From the NCBI GenBank assembly GCA_043228905.1, contig JBHGNT010000004.1, forward strand, positions 16,492,001 to 16,556,000: a stretch of DNA of 64,000 nt, in the 5' to 3' direction. Made by a program: the position numbers and the translations under genes. Positions 38,084 through 50,805 of this stretch are shown here, piece after piece (positions within the stretch are counted from its first letter, which is position 1; every line of letters begins with the position of its first letter). This DNA is from Azolla caroliniana (lineage: Eukaryota > Plantae > Polypodiophyta). The notes under the pieces were generated by a model. That model was given only the letters and a program-made list of their open reading frames with translations. It made no database searches and was not told where the DNA came from.

Positions 38084-41000
38084 ATCGTTGCGTGAGTCGG
38101 GTGGGAACCGCCGAGGTTTTGGACTAGGAGGAAGAGGAATACAACTTAAGGCTAATTATGAATAGTAGAAAGAGAAGTAAGATAGCAATCTCGTGAATCC
38201 CACGAGTTTAGTGTATTTAAAACAATATTTAGATTATAAGAGTAATTTAGATGGCAAAATTCGTGAATCCCACGAATATATTAGATTGATCAATCCTTGT
38301 ATATTAATCAACAACCTTATACATATTTCTCTCCTCCTTATATAAAGATGGAAGAGGCTAAGCATGGCTTCATGCTTTTTCACCAAAAGTGTCCATGCAC
38401 ACTAAATGTGCATGTGATGCTTTGTCATTTCCTAAGTATAGGGCTCATGCACGCTAGATGTGCATGAGTCACTTTTAATGTCACGTGTAAATAAAATATT
38501 CACCCCCTAAAGAATACATGATTTTTACCTTTTAATAAAGGTATGTGTAAATAAAGGTCTTATACGTATTAAATCTATATGTATAACACTAAAGATAAGT
38601 TATTACAATGGTAAAGTTGGGGTTTATCTACGTGGAGGTGCAGGGTTTGAATGCTGCCCTATGCACGTGATAAATGTTTTGATATATTATTTATTTATTT
38701 ATATGTATCTAAAATCGGATATATTATTTTATGGTTTTCACGTAGTGTGTGGAATACACGACACTCGCCCCCTCCGAACCCGCACACTTGCCCTACGCAC
38801 CCGTACCTGCAAAATACTTCCTCCAAAAGAATTTGGCATATACCGCGGAACACGTTTTCCTCTGAAGCGCTCGACCTTCTACTTGATTCGTGAGATCTTC
38901 CCGAGCTAATACCAAGTATTTCTTTTGTCCGATCTCGGTCGGCATGGCCACTATGTCGACCATCCACTTGAAGTTGATTGTCGGTGAGAATGTCGGATGT
39001 AACTCATCTCGATGTCGAACCCCGGAGTAGACTTGACATTTCTCGCAGCTTTCCGTGAACTCCGCGACATCTTTGTACATTTTCTTCCACCAATATTTTT
39101 GCTTGATCTTCAGAAATGTTGCCCATGTTCCTCGGTGTCCAGCCCAATCGGATTTGTGAAACTCGGACGTTATCCGGTTTCGTTGCTCTTTTGTCCCGAC
39201 TACTCGAAGTGGTATACCATCCGGTCTTTTTGGCGCGAGTCCTCGACCTCTTGTAACATCTTTCCGATCATCAAACTTTCTCCCTCGTATTCTTCTTCCC
39301 GGAATTCTCGGATTACATTCACTCGGCATATATGCTCCGATGCGAAGTAGTCTTCGGAAACTTCTTCATTATCCGATTCGGTTATGTCGTCTCCGAACCG
39401 AGCCCTTGATAACATATCCACTACCGCGTTGTCCTTCCCCGAGATGTGTCGAACCTCCGGATTAAGCGACTTGACATATACAACCCACCTTAGCATAGCT
39501 ACATCCGGTATCGTACAACACCGCATCATCCCGAGTATCGGAAGACAATCCGTCTCGATCACCACTTCGGCTCCGATCAAATAATCCCGATCTGATTTTA
39601 TCGCCGACACGACTCCCCACAGTTCTCTTTTGACTTGTGCATATCCACGTTGCCTTTCGTTGAGAACCTTTGCTCCAAATCGGATCGGATACCGCGAACC
39701 ATCCGAGTCGGCTTGATTGAGGACCCACCCGATACCGGTTGGACTTGTATCAACCGTTACTATGATCGGTCGGTCATACCCGAGTATAGGTCTCCGATGG
39801 AGTATATCGCACGACCGACAAAAGCTTCCGCAAATTCGTCCACTATCAGACCGACTCCCGAGTTCCGAATCGTAACCTTATTCACCGGTTGCAAGTCTTG
39901 GATAAATCGGAGTGACCCATTCTTCTTCGGAACCGTAAACCATCGATTTGAGTACGGAGCAGTTGATGGCTCTAGAATCCCCATCGCCACCTTCTCCTTG
40001 AGCAAGTCAATGACTTTCGGAATATGCGCTCGTGGCACCGGAATCGGCTTCAGGTTCCACGGTACATGGTCAATCGTGAAGATCACCATCGGCTCCACCA
40101 TTCTCGGATCGACGCACTCTATCTCCCTTGATGTAAATGCAAACGCTTTGCCGTGTTGCTCCAACATCTCGCGAAACCGTTCTTCTTCTTTTTGTAATAG
40201 GAACCCACCTCCACCGATCCGAAGTTTCTTCCGGGTCTCATCCGTGAAGGCATGTCCGATATCCACGGACTTCCGAAGTGTCGGATCTCCCGAGACTTCT
40301 TTCCTCTTTTGTTCGCTATCGGCGGGTAGTGGTCCCGCGGCCGGTTTCACCTTCTTCTCCACGGTCTTGTATTTCGTACTTACCATTGCTTCTTCTTTGC
40401 GGAGCATATCCGGCTCCATTTTCGCAATGATCTCGTACATCTCGACCGATTCCACCGGGACTACCCAGTTCCCTTGGCTTTTATCTTTCGCAAGCTCTTC
40501 AAGTCGTTGTAGCGTGCTCCCATATAACACTTCTTCGACTATCCCCATGATTTCTTCATCTTCTTTTATTATTGATGCTGACCGCAACTTATCCTCCACT
40601 TGTCGGTATCCTTTCTTCAATCCTCCGGTTACGGTCGTGTACGTAGATGCCCCATCCGGACCGATTCGTACATGTTTTGCTCCGAGAGTTTTCTTCCTAT
40701 GTGGGGTATCAGGGCTTCTCGGACTATCACTTCCCCACTTCGCAACAGTCCGCTTTAAAAATCCATTCTCACTTGGGACAAGAGTTCCCTCTTGTTCCTT
40801 TCGTGATTTGCCGGCACCGTTAGGAATTGGACGGATTTCCCACCGTTTTGGCTCCGAATTCGCGCAAAAGCCGCACCGCTATCGAGCACCTTCGTCTCCA
40901 TCCATGAGGCCGTGATAAAGGGTTGGCCGAGGATGACGGAATGTGAAACCTCATCTTGCACGAAGAAATTTTGGTCGATCTCGACATCCCCGATCTTCAC

Positions 41001-43533
41001 CCTCACATCCGAACAAGCCGCAAATAGATCTTCTGTTGCTTTGGTGGCCGCCCGAATCTTCCATCCATGGTTGGTGTTAATAGGCCACTTCCCCTTCCAG
41101 TAGAACTCCTTGGACATCAAGTTGATCTCCGATCCGTGATCAATCAATGCTAGCACTGGTTCTTTGATGTTGCCGATTCGGATCGGAGTCTCCGTAGTCA
41201 CGCGTGCCCAATGTGGCCTTGCATAGTGGGAGTTCGGAATTTCGTCCTCCACTTCGGTGTCGTTCATTAAAACGGTGTTCGCATTCACCCATGGAGCATT
41301 TTCCTCCGTACTTTGTCTTTTTCGCTTCACGAGATCCACGAGAAGATCGTGGAACTCCTTTGCTATTGCGAGTAGCTCCCGAAGCGAGAAATCTACCCGG
41401 CTATCCAAGATCCTTTCCTCGAACACTCTTTTCAAGTCGGTTTGTTGTTCTTTGTCCGAGGTGAGCTTGAATGCCGGAGTCGCCTTTTCTTTTCCCTTAC
41501 CTCCGGAGTTCCAGCTTTCTGGAATCTTCGATGGCCCGCCCGCATCCTCCGTGCGTCGTCGTTTCTCGTCCACATACACCTTATGCAATTGACACAGGGC
41601 GTATACGCTATTCTTGTCGACAAGGCACTCCCATCCCGTAGCTTCCCGGACGCCTTCCGCGGTGCTTCAGATCTCGTTGGAGTCGGTTTTCTCGGTGTTT
41701 TCTAGAACTTCCGGCCAAAAAGACGTCTTTGCTCTCGATGACTCCCCGACACATATTCCCGCGGTTGTCTCATAGTTGCTTCTTGCCGCCAATTCCTCCT
41801 CGAGCACCTTCTTCATGCCGCCTTTCCGGAAGTTAGGTCGGAGTGGCTTCCGAGAGTCCATCGAATGAATCCGGTTTCCCTCGTAGTAGATGAGATCCCG
41901 CCGTAGCGCCTCCTTATGCTCGTCGCAATCCCTCCGATCGTGTTCGGCGCTATCGCACCATATGCACCGTCGGTCCGTATACTTGGAGCTTGTGGGGCGG
42001 TCATCCGACTTCTTCACCATCGCGATCTTCAGATTCTCCATCTCCTTCAATAGTTGCTCCACCGTAGATGCATCAATCCCCTTCTCGGTTGTAGTCTCCC
42101 GAGCCCTCGGTTGATGGTCTTCCAATCCGGTTCTCGGTTTCGGAATCGGTTCTGAAACCCTCTTTTCCTCGTTGGCAAGACATTGCCCCCTCTTCGTGTA
42201 TCACGCGACGATATCCCGCACGTTTCCCATGTTTCGGTGAGGCCACTCTCCGTGGTCATGTCCTCCAAGAGCACTCCGAGATCTTTCCGGTCTCGGACGT
42301 CCACGGCTCGCAAGAACATGATCACCTTGTCCGGTACGAGGATAGCTTGATCTCTCGCGGACAACCTCCCGAACCGGCTTTCGAATGCCGAAAACACATC
42401 AACGACCTTCAATCCCTTGTCTGGCGTCTCCACCCAATCTTCGGATCCCCTTCGCGTCGCCTTGGAGGAATCCTCGATGGCGAACGTCCTCTTTAGCTCT
42501 TCTTCAAACGTCTCCCATGTCGGATTTTGTTGTCGTAGCCCATGGATGCTTGCTTGAAGCCCGTCGGTCGCCACCCGGTTGAAGGACGTCACTTGCAGTC
42601 CTTCCGATATTCCGCATCGTAGCATCTCCGCCTTGTAGTCCCGAAGATACCGCGACACGTCTTTCCCGTTGAATTGCCCGTTTCGTTGCACGAGCCGCTC
42701 CACTGATGCCGCTATCTTCGACATCGCACGTTGTTCTTGTAGCATGCGCTCGAACATCATCATCATGTTGCTAGCCTCCGGTTGATTTTCCATCTCCTTG
42801 CCACCCGGTCTTCACGTCGGGTTCACCAACTGTGTCGTGCCTTTAGGCTCCGGATCGTTGCGTGAGTCGGGTGGGAACCGCCGAGGTTTTGGACTAGGAG
42901 GAAGAGGAATACAACTTAAGGCTAATTATGAATAGTAGAAAGAGAAGTAAGATAGCAATCTCGTGAATCCCACGAGTTTAGTGTATTTAAAACAATATTT
43001 AGATTATAAGAGTAATTTAAATGGCAAAATTCGTGAATCCCACGAATATATTAGATTGATCAATCCTTGTATATTAATCAACAACCTTATACATATTTCT
43101 CTCCTCCTTATATAAAGATGGAAGAGGCTAAGCATGGCTTCATGCTTTTTCACCACAAGTGTCCATGCACACTAAATGTGCATGTGATGCTTTGTCATTT
43201 CCTAAGTATAGGGCTCATGCACGCTAGATGTGCATGAGTCACTTTTAATGTCACGTGTAAATAAAATATTCACCCCCTAAAGAATACATGATTTTTACTT
43301 TTTAATAAAGGTATGTGTAAATAAAGGTCTTATACGTATTAAATCTATATGTATAACACTAAAGATAAGTTATTACAATGGTAAAGTTGGGGTTTATCTA
43401 CATGGAGGTGCAGTGTTCAAATCCTGCCCTATGCACGTGATAAATGTTTTGATATATTATTTATTTATTTATATGTATCTAAAATCGGATATATTATTTT
43501 ATGGTTTTCACGTAGTGTGTGGAATACACTACA
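38084..43533 (-). mobile_element. tRNA-Trp-primed Ty3/gypsy element, family 2, with several internal deletions
   Basis: LTRs 38084-38763 (first 21 bp lost) and 42833-43533; PBS match TTCACGTCGGGTTCACCA at 42811-42828; PPT at 38764-38775; gag 42047-42793, protease LIDHGSEIN, RT, RH and INT fragments. Confidence 0.92.
40701..40764 (-). promoter_or_regulatory. Putative -1 ribosomal frameshift signal (G GAU UUU plus H-type pseudoknot)
   Basis: Heptamer directly before the gag-protease stop; 5-nt spacer; stem 1 CGGACUGUUGC/GUGAUAGUCCG; stem 2 GUGGGG/CCCCAC; the -1 frame is open into RT ORF 39760-40620. Confidence 0.8.
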
Positions 43534-46500
43534 ACAACGCTAACCGGCTCCAACTACTGAGTGTGGAAGTTGAAGATGAGAGACATGCTCGTGTGCAAAG
43601 ACCTCTGGTTTCTGGTGCAATTCGGAGATAAAAGACTAGACAAGATCGATGCAGCGACTTGGGAAGTGTTGCATCTGAAGGTGGCTGCATATATAAGGTG
43701 TTTTATAGACATGAGTCTATACAACAACTTCGGCGAAGAAATAGAAGTAGACGTCATATGGAAGAAGATTAGCGTCATGTTCGAAAACAAGAACATCATG
43801 AACCGAGTCTCAATATTTCGAAAAATCGTGAGGCTCCGGTATCAGGATGGCTCCAATATGGCAAAGCATAGCAATGCCTTCCAAGGATTCATGAACCAAA
43901 CCACCTCTCTAGAAGTACCTCTGGCCGATGAGGTATTAGCATTACTATTGTTGGGATCCCTTTCGGACAGTTGGGAGATGCTCGTCGTCACTTTGGGCAA
44001 CATCGAGCCAGAAGGGAAGCATCTATCCCTAAAGCAGGTGAAGTCAAGCTTGCTAAATGAAGAAGCTTGCCGGAAGGACCGTGAGTCAAATACCGACCAA
44101 AAGGCCTTAGTCACGAAAGGTGACACGATTCGGGGAAGAGACCGAAATCGAAGTCCTCAAAACTAAGATAAGTCAAGGACCATGTCGAAGTCAAGGGGGA
44201 GGCCCACATGCTTCTATTGTGGGAAGTCAGGGCACTTCCAAAAAAACTGTTGACACTTCCGAAAGGAGAAATGGGGAGCTAATGGTGTAGAGCCGAAGAA
44301 AATCCCGGATAGAAAGAACACCTCAGCAATCGTCATGAGTGAGGAGGAGTGGTTGCTCATCAGTGAGCAAAAAGAAGTGAATCTCGTCGGTCAAGAATCG
44401 ACATGGGTGGTCGATTCGGGTGCGTCACTCCACCTAACCCCTGACCGAAAGTGCTTCTCATCCTATAGAGTTGGAGATCTCGTATCCGTAAAGATGGGAA
44501 ATGAAGGAGCATGCCGAATCATCGGCATTGGAAATGTGTGTTTGGAAACCTCAACCAGGTGCAGACTCGTGTTGAGAGATGTACGACACGTTTCGGAGGT
44601 TCGATTGAACCTAATATCAGTCAGTCGGCTAGATGATGAAGGCTACACAGGTAGCATCCGAAACAGTGTCATCAAGTTGAGCCGAGGATGTCTGATCGTG
44701 GCTCAAGCTTGGAAGACCAACACACTGTACATCATGAATGCTCAAATATGCCGAGGGGAAGCAAACGTGGCAGTTGACATAGTCGGTGAACTATGGCACA
44801 TGAAGTTGTGCCATATGAGTCAGAAGGGGATGTGAAAGCTTGCCAAGGACAATCTCATTCCGGAGGTGAAGAACGTGCAACTTGAAAAGTGCACTGATTG
44901 CTTGGCCGACAAGCAGAATCGAACATCTTTCCAAACGAGGCCCCCGATGAGGAAGAAAATGCCATTGGAACTCGTGCATATAGACGTATGCTATGTGGAC
45001 ACGAAGTCGCATGGTCGTTCACAGTATTTCGTGACCTTCAATGATGACTGTAGCAGGAAGTTGTGGGCTTATGTGCTAAAGACAAAGAATCAAGCGTTAT
45101 CCATCTTCAAAAAGTTCCAAGTCAGGGCCGAGAGAGAAATCGGCCGAAAACTGAAGGCAATCCGAGAGGACAATGGTGGAGAGTATCGTGGACCATTCGA
45201 GGAACATTGCCAAAATCAAGGAATCTGACTCAAGTATACCGTGCGGAAGACGCCAAAGCTTAATGCATTGGCTGAGAGAATGAACCGGACCATAATGGAA
45301 AGGGTTTGAAGTATGCCTGCACATGCTAAGTTACCGAAGACGTTCTGGGCTGAGGCATTGATGACAACAGCGTATGTGATAAACCGATCACCCTCAGTAC
45401 CCTTGGACGATGATATTCCACAAAGGGTGTGGAGTGGCAAAGACATATCGTACTGACATTTGAGGGTGTTCGGTTGTCTTGCTTATGTGCATGTGGCAAA
45501 GGACCAGAGGGGGAAGTTGGACCCGAAATCTTGGCCATGCATATTTCTCGGCTACGGCAATGATGAATTTGGCTATCGGCTATGGGACTTAGCCGAGAAG
45601 AAAGTGATTAGGAGCCGCGACATTGTCTTCAAGAAGGAAAAGACAATAGTTGACTGGGAGATTGAGAATAAGTCTCCAACTACCGAATCAAACCACGTCA
45701 ACGCTCGGCCGAATCGAGTAGAAGCCGATTCGATCGAAATTGAATCTGAGCCAGTCGGCCGAGTTAATACTCGGCAAAATCGAGAACCGATTGAAGAGCA
45801 AGGGGAAACGGCCGAACAAGGGGAACCGAATTTGAATCAGCTGAAGAAGTCGAAGAAGAATTGACCGTGCTGAATGGAGGCCGTAGATACCCCTTAAGAG
45901 AAAGGAGGGCCCCCCGAAGATTTCCAGATGAAGAGCGTGTACTGCTAACGATGAGGGGGAGCCGGAAAGCTTTGAAGAAGCTAAGGAAGATACCCACAAC
46001 CTAAAGTGGTTGAGTGCCAGGCAAGAGGAGATGGATTCCTTGCATGAGAACCACACATATGAATTGACTGAACTGTCGAGAGGAAAGAAGGCACTTCGGA
46101 ATAAATGGGTATACAAGTTGAAACCAGGAGATGGCGGGAATCCACCCAGGTACAAAGCACGAGTCGTCGTGAAAGGTTTCCAACAGAAGAAGGGTGTTGA
46201 TTTCGACGAAATATTTGCCCCGGTCATAAAGATGACGTCAATCCGAACTGTGTTGAGCATCGCAGCCAACATGGATCTCGAAGTCGAGCAATTGGATGTC
46301 AAGATGGCGTTTCTGCATGGTGATCTCGAAGAGAAGTTCTATATGCACCAACTGGATTAAGGAAGAGCTTGTACAGGTTTAAGCAAGCACCTCGGCAATG
46401 GTACCGAAAATTCGAATCCTTCATGACCGACAATGGGTACCACAAAACACAGGCCGATCACTACGTATTTGTGAAGAAATTCGACAGAGGAGATTTCCTC

Positions 46501-48014
46501 ATCCTTCTGTTGTATGTGGATGAGATGTTGATTGTTGGACGGGACCATACGAAGATCCAAGTGGTGAAGAAGGCCTTTAGCAAATCGTTTTCGATGAAGG
46601 ATATGGGTCTGGCAAAGCAAATCCTGGGGATGCACATTGTTCAGGATCGAACAAAGAAATTGTTGTGGCTGTCACAAGAAAAATGCGTGACAAAGGTGCT
46701 CCAGAGATTCGGCATGGAAAGCACGAAACCGGTTGGCTTGACACTGCCGACGAACTGCAAGCTAAGCAAAGAACAATGTCCAAAATCGAAAACCGAGAAG
46801 GCCGAGATGTCAAAGGTTCCTTATGCCTCAGCAGTCCGAAGCCTGATGTACGGGATGGTATGTACCAAGCCGGACGTAGGATACGCAATCGACGTGGTTA
46901 GCCGATATATGAGCAACCCCGGAAGAGAGCATTGGGCTGTCGTGAAGTGGCTACTTCGGTACCTAAAAGGCACCTCGAACGCATGTCTTCGTTTCGGTTC
47001 AGATAACCCCACACTAGAAGGTTATACTAACTCGGACATGTTGACTGATGTGGATACCAGTCGATCCACGTCCAGGTACATAATGACTTATGCAAGGGGA
47101 GTTGTTTCATGGCAGTCGAGCCTCTAGAAGGTCGTGGCGTTGTCGACCATGGAAGCTGAATATATGGCCACATTGGAAGTTGGAAAGGAAATCATATGGA
47201 TGAATGAGTTTATCGGTGAGCTGGGAATTCATTAGGAGGAATTCCAGCTTCATTGCGACAATCAGAGTGCCATCCACCTTGCGAAAAATGCCGCCTACCA
47301 CTCGAGGACCAAACACATGCAGAGAAGATATCATTGGCTCCGAGAGCGAGTAGAAGAAAAGGAGTTTGCTCTAGTGAAGATCCACATGACCGAAACGGGA
47401 TCGGATATGCTAATGAAGGTGATGTGTTGTTAGTCGAAAAGCTAAATGCATGCCAACAGAGAATCGGTTTGGTGAAGTACCGCATGCCGGAGTGAAGGGG
47501 GAGTTTGTTGGGAAACATGTCCCTCCGGATGGGAAGAGAAGTATCGTGTCGAAATTGAAATTGAAATTGAAATCGTTTTAGAAGACTATAATTGTAAATA
47601 GTCAAAAATGCCTCCTGGGGGGTATACTTGTAAATAGCTAGAACGTTGTTTTGGTTTATACGCAATTAGGGCAAACCTTATAGTTTGTGTACTTGATCAT
47701 TATTGAAAAGTTAGAATGAGGTAGTTGTCTCTGTAACCGTGAGTAGGAGAGTGAGAGTGTAACTTTGTAGTCGTCTGTCAGACGAAGGAGAACTCGAGGT
47801 CGCCGCCTCCGAGTTCCATATTTGTACTTCCTCTTTACTATAGTGATATGTTTTCTCGGGGATTGTGGACCCCCGTGATTTTTCCCATTTCAGGTTTTCC
47901 ACGTACAATATCAGTGTCTTTGTGTCTTCACGTTTTACTTGTCTGTGTACTAGTTCTTGGTTTCTGCACACAAATACGAACGTGAAACCGGTTGTGACCG
48001 GTCGATTGCTAACA
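43534..48014 (+). mobile_element. Ty1/copia element (Tnt1/Tork-like), 5' LTR missing
   Basis: gag LTGSNY*VWKLKM, protease WVVDSGAS, INT, RT (YVDEML; VPYASAVRSLMY), RH; PPT GAAGGGGGAG at 47494; 3' LTR 47506-48014 (TGTTG...TAACA). Confidence 0.9.
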
Positions 48015-49833
48015 AACACTGACCTGTATTTGACCATTTTTCTTTGGGACGACGATAATAGGGTTTAACCATGTTGCCCGTTTAACTAGCCGAATGAACC
48101 CTACCCAAAGGAGTTTGTCGATTTCGTCCTTTACTTTGGCCACGTAATTGGGATTCATGCGATAGCGGCGTTGTTGTACTAGTCATGCATCATGCTGAAG
48201 ATGAATCTGGTGTTGATAGTGTTGGGGATCTAACCCCTTCATGTCATTGTACAACCAAGCAAACACATCTTGGTATTCCATGAGTAGCCCAACCAAGGCT
48301 GATCGTTCATCGGAAGCCAGTTCCTTTGCGATTTTTAGGGTACGTGGCTTAGTGGAGGAGCCAAGATTGACTTCTTCTACCTTCACTCGTTGAGAAATCA
48401 CCAATTCATGGTCAAGCGTGTTGCGAGCATGTCGTAATTTCTCGATGGACGTTGGATCAGGTTCTTGATGGACCTAGTTCTCTTCAGTAGTCGACTCTGA
48501 TACGTAAGGTCTTACACAGTTGTGAGGACATCAATTTCAAACAAAGGGACAATCGTCGAATGTTCTTCCTAGAAGTGGTCAACTTCTTCATCAGCGAGTC
48601 TATCGAGCATGTGGAATCCTTCAGCATATAACAGAGTGGTGTCATGAGGTGTAGTGATTTGTTCCTCTGTGATAACACGGACCTTGGTTTTGTCGTGTCG
48701 AAACGATATCATATTCCTTTGCCAGTGTTGCTTAATGTTAGTTGTACGCAACCACAGGCAACCGAGGAGTATGGGGTATGCACTGAGAGCATCAAGGCAC
48801 AATAACATTGTTGATATTGTGAAGGTGTGGCTTTTGAGGATAGATTCTAGGTGTCAAATTAACCCCATTGGTCAAATCAATCGGGTATCCGCCAGTCGAA
48901 GCCAAAACGGACATGGCTCCCATTGGGTGATGCCGACGTCATGACATGTGGCCTAACTGATGACATTGACACCAGAGCCACCATCGATAATGCAGTCATT
49001 AACAACTTGCCCTTTGATCACGAGCTTAACTGTGGGGTTTTGGGAGTCCATTAAAGGTGGACCGGTGCCTGGCTCGGCCAGGTGTATTGGCAGGGTGGTT
49101 GGTTCTTTGCCGGTTGTTAGGGATGCCACTGTGTGCTTGAATCGTGGAAGTAATTGTAGAAGCTTATGCAAGGGCATGGAGATTTGGTTGCTTATGAGGG
49201 CTTGCCAAACAGGGTCATCGTCTGGTGACCTGGTAGGTTGAGAGGAGGCCAATGGACCGATAGTGATATCTTTCATCTCGGTATGCATTCTCTCGGTGTT
49301 GGCGTGATTTGTCGTCTCTATCCATTGTTGGGCGGCTTGCTGGACTTCATCCTGTAGTTCCCATTGTGTTTTCTGGGCCTTACTCCGAGTGGTGACTTGT
49401 TGGTGTCAACCATAATGATATTTACTGTCGGTGCTTTTCCGCGATCATTTGTCCGGCACTGGGTGGCATAATGCCCTAGTTGGTTACAATTAAAGCATGT
49501 CACTGGTGCCGAGTTGTTGTATTCTCCTTGCTCAAACTGAGATGTTTGATGTTGTCGGGGGTGTTCTTCTCAGGCTGGTGAGGCATAGGGTTGTGTGCGT
49601 GGAGCGTTTCCCCAAGACTCAGAGTGTGTGGGGGGTTGTCGATTATTGGGTCGCGGCATCGATTGTCCGAGGGTTGTCAACTATTCCCCGAGTGTCGGGG
49701 ACCGCAAGTATGATAGGGGGGTCGTCGATCATGCCCTTGATACCTTGGTTCATAGTAATCCTCCCGGTTGTAATCATATCGGTAATAATCATCGTCCGGA
49801 TGATAGCGTTCTTCGCGATATCGGTAGCGATCG
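48015..49833 (-). pseudogene. Gypsy host RT N-terminus, protease and gag C-terminus
   Basis: RRYRMNPNYVAKVKDEIDKLL, IIDGGSGVNVI and CFNCNQLGHYATQC. Confidence 0.87.
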
Positions 49834-50550
49834 TGTTACGGGCATGACCATATAATATCCCGTGGTGAGAATTGTCGTAGTATTTTATACACGTGGATAA
49901 GTGTGAGGGTTAAACAAAGAGTCTAAAGAAGGGGAGGATTACTTTTAATCCTCGGGATTGAGACAACCCATGAGGCCAAGTGTGAACATGGCTGGGGGCC
50001 TTGAGAATTACTATAAATAAGAGGCCTAGCTACCCTCATTTCATCATGCATTGACTACGTCGAGACTCTGTCCGTAAGTGGAACGACTCTTGTAGCAAGC
50101 GCGCTATCATCCAGGTACGACTCGACGCCAAGGCGGTGGTATGGGACGCCGATCGAGGCTCGAGTCCGTCTCGATCCCTTCGCTCGGGGGTGGTCGGGTG
50201 GATCGACACCCTTCTTTCTCTCTTTTCTCTCTATTCTTTCTAGATCTATCATTGATATATCCTTATTTTATGCTTACTTTAGTACCTAATCTCTAATATT
50301 TGGTATCAGAGCTCATGTACTAACGTTTCTTTTGGTTTTCTTTTTGTCTTCGCGTGGGATGGCGATTGATCGTTGTGCGGTCGCCTTCATGCAGACAAGG
50401 ATTAGCGAAAGAACTTCGGTAAATTTTCCTTAATTTTTAATCTAATTTTTTCTTCTCCCTTCTATACATGTGTATACTTAATATGTAGTTTTTTTTTCAT
50501 ATATTCAATGATGTTGACGTGGTATTTAATTGGTTATCTTAAACGTTTAC

Positions 50551-50805
50551 ATATGTCCACGAGGTCAATACCTCGTTTGACATATAAATCATATGTGATG
50601 AGTGTCGTATGCGTACGAGGTTACTACCTCAATTGCGTATTACGTTCACGAACATATGTTACGTTCGCGTACGAGGTCAATACCTCGATTCGTTCGAAAT
50701 GATATGCGTTGGATTTACTATGCGTAAGAGGTCAATACCTCAATTGCGAATTACGCTTAACCTTATTTTCGGATGTTTCGTGTGCGTAGAGGTATATGCC
50801 TCGAT
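50551..50805 (+). repeat. Five units of about 56 bp with a GAGGT-N4-ACCTC hairpin core in the 5' UTR
   Basis: Cores near 50561, 50617, 50673, 50728 and 50789; equivalent array at 6670-6915 in the sister copy. Confidence 0.85.

Noticed and set aside
39635-40915. 426-aa plus-strand ORF, and similar ORFs at 25685-26470 and 57709-58305
   Set aside because: Antisense shadows of pol with no independent motifs.
50551-50805. CRISPR-like palindromic repeat and spacer pattern
   Set aside because: Repeats are degenerate, spacers resemble each other, there are no cas genes, and it lies in a retrotransposon UTR.
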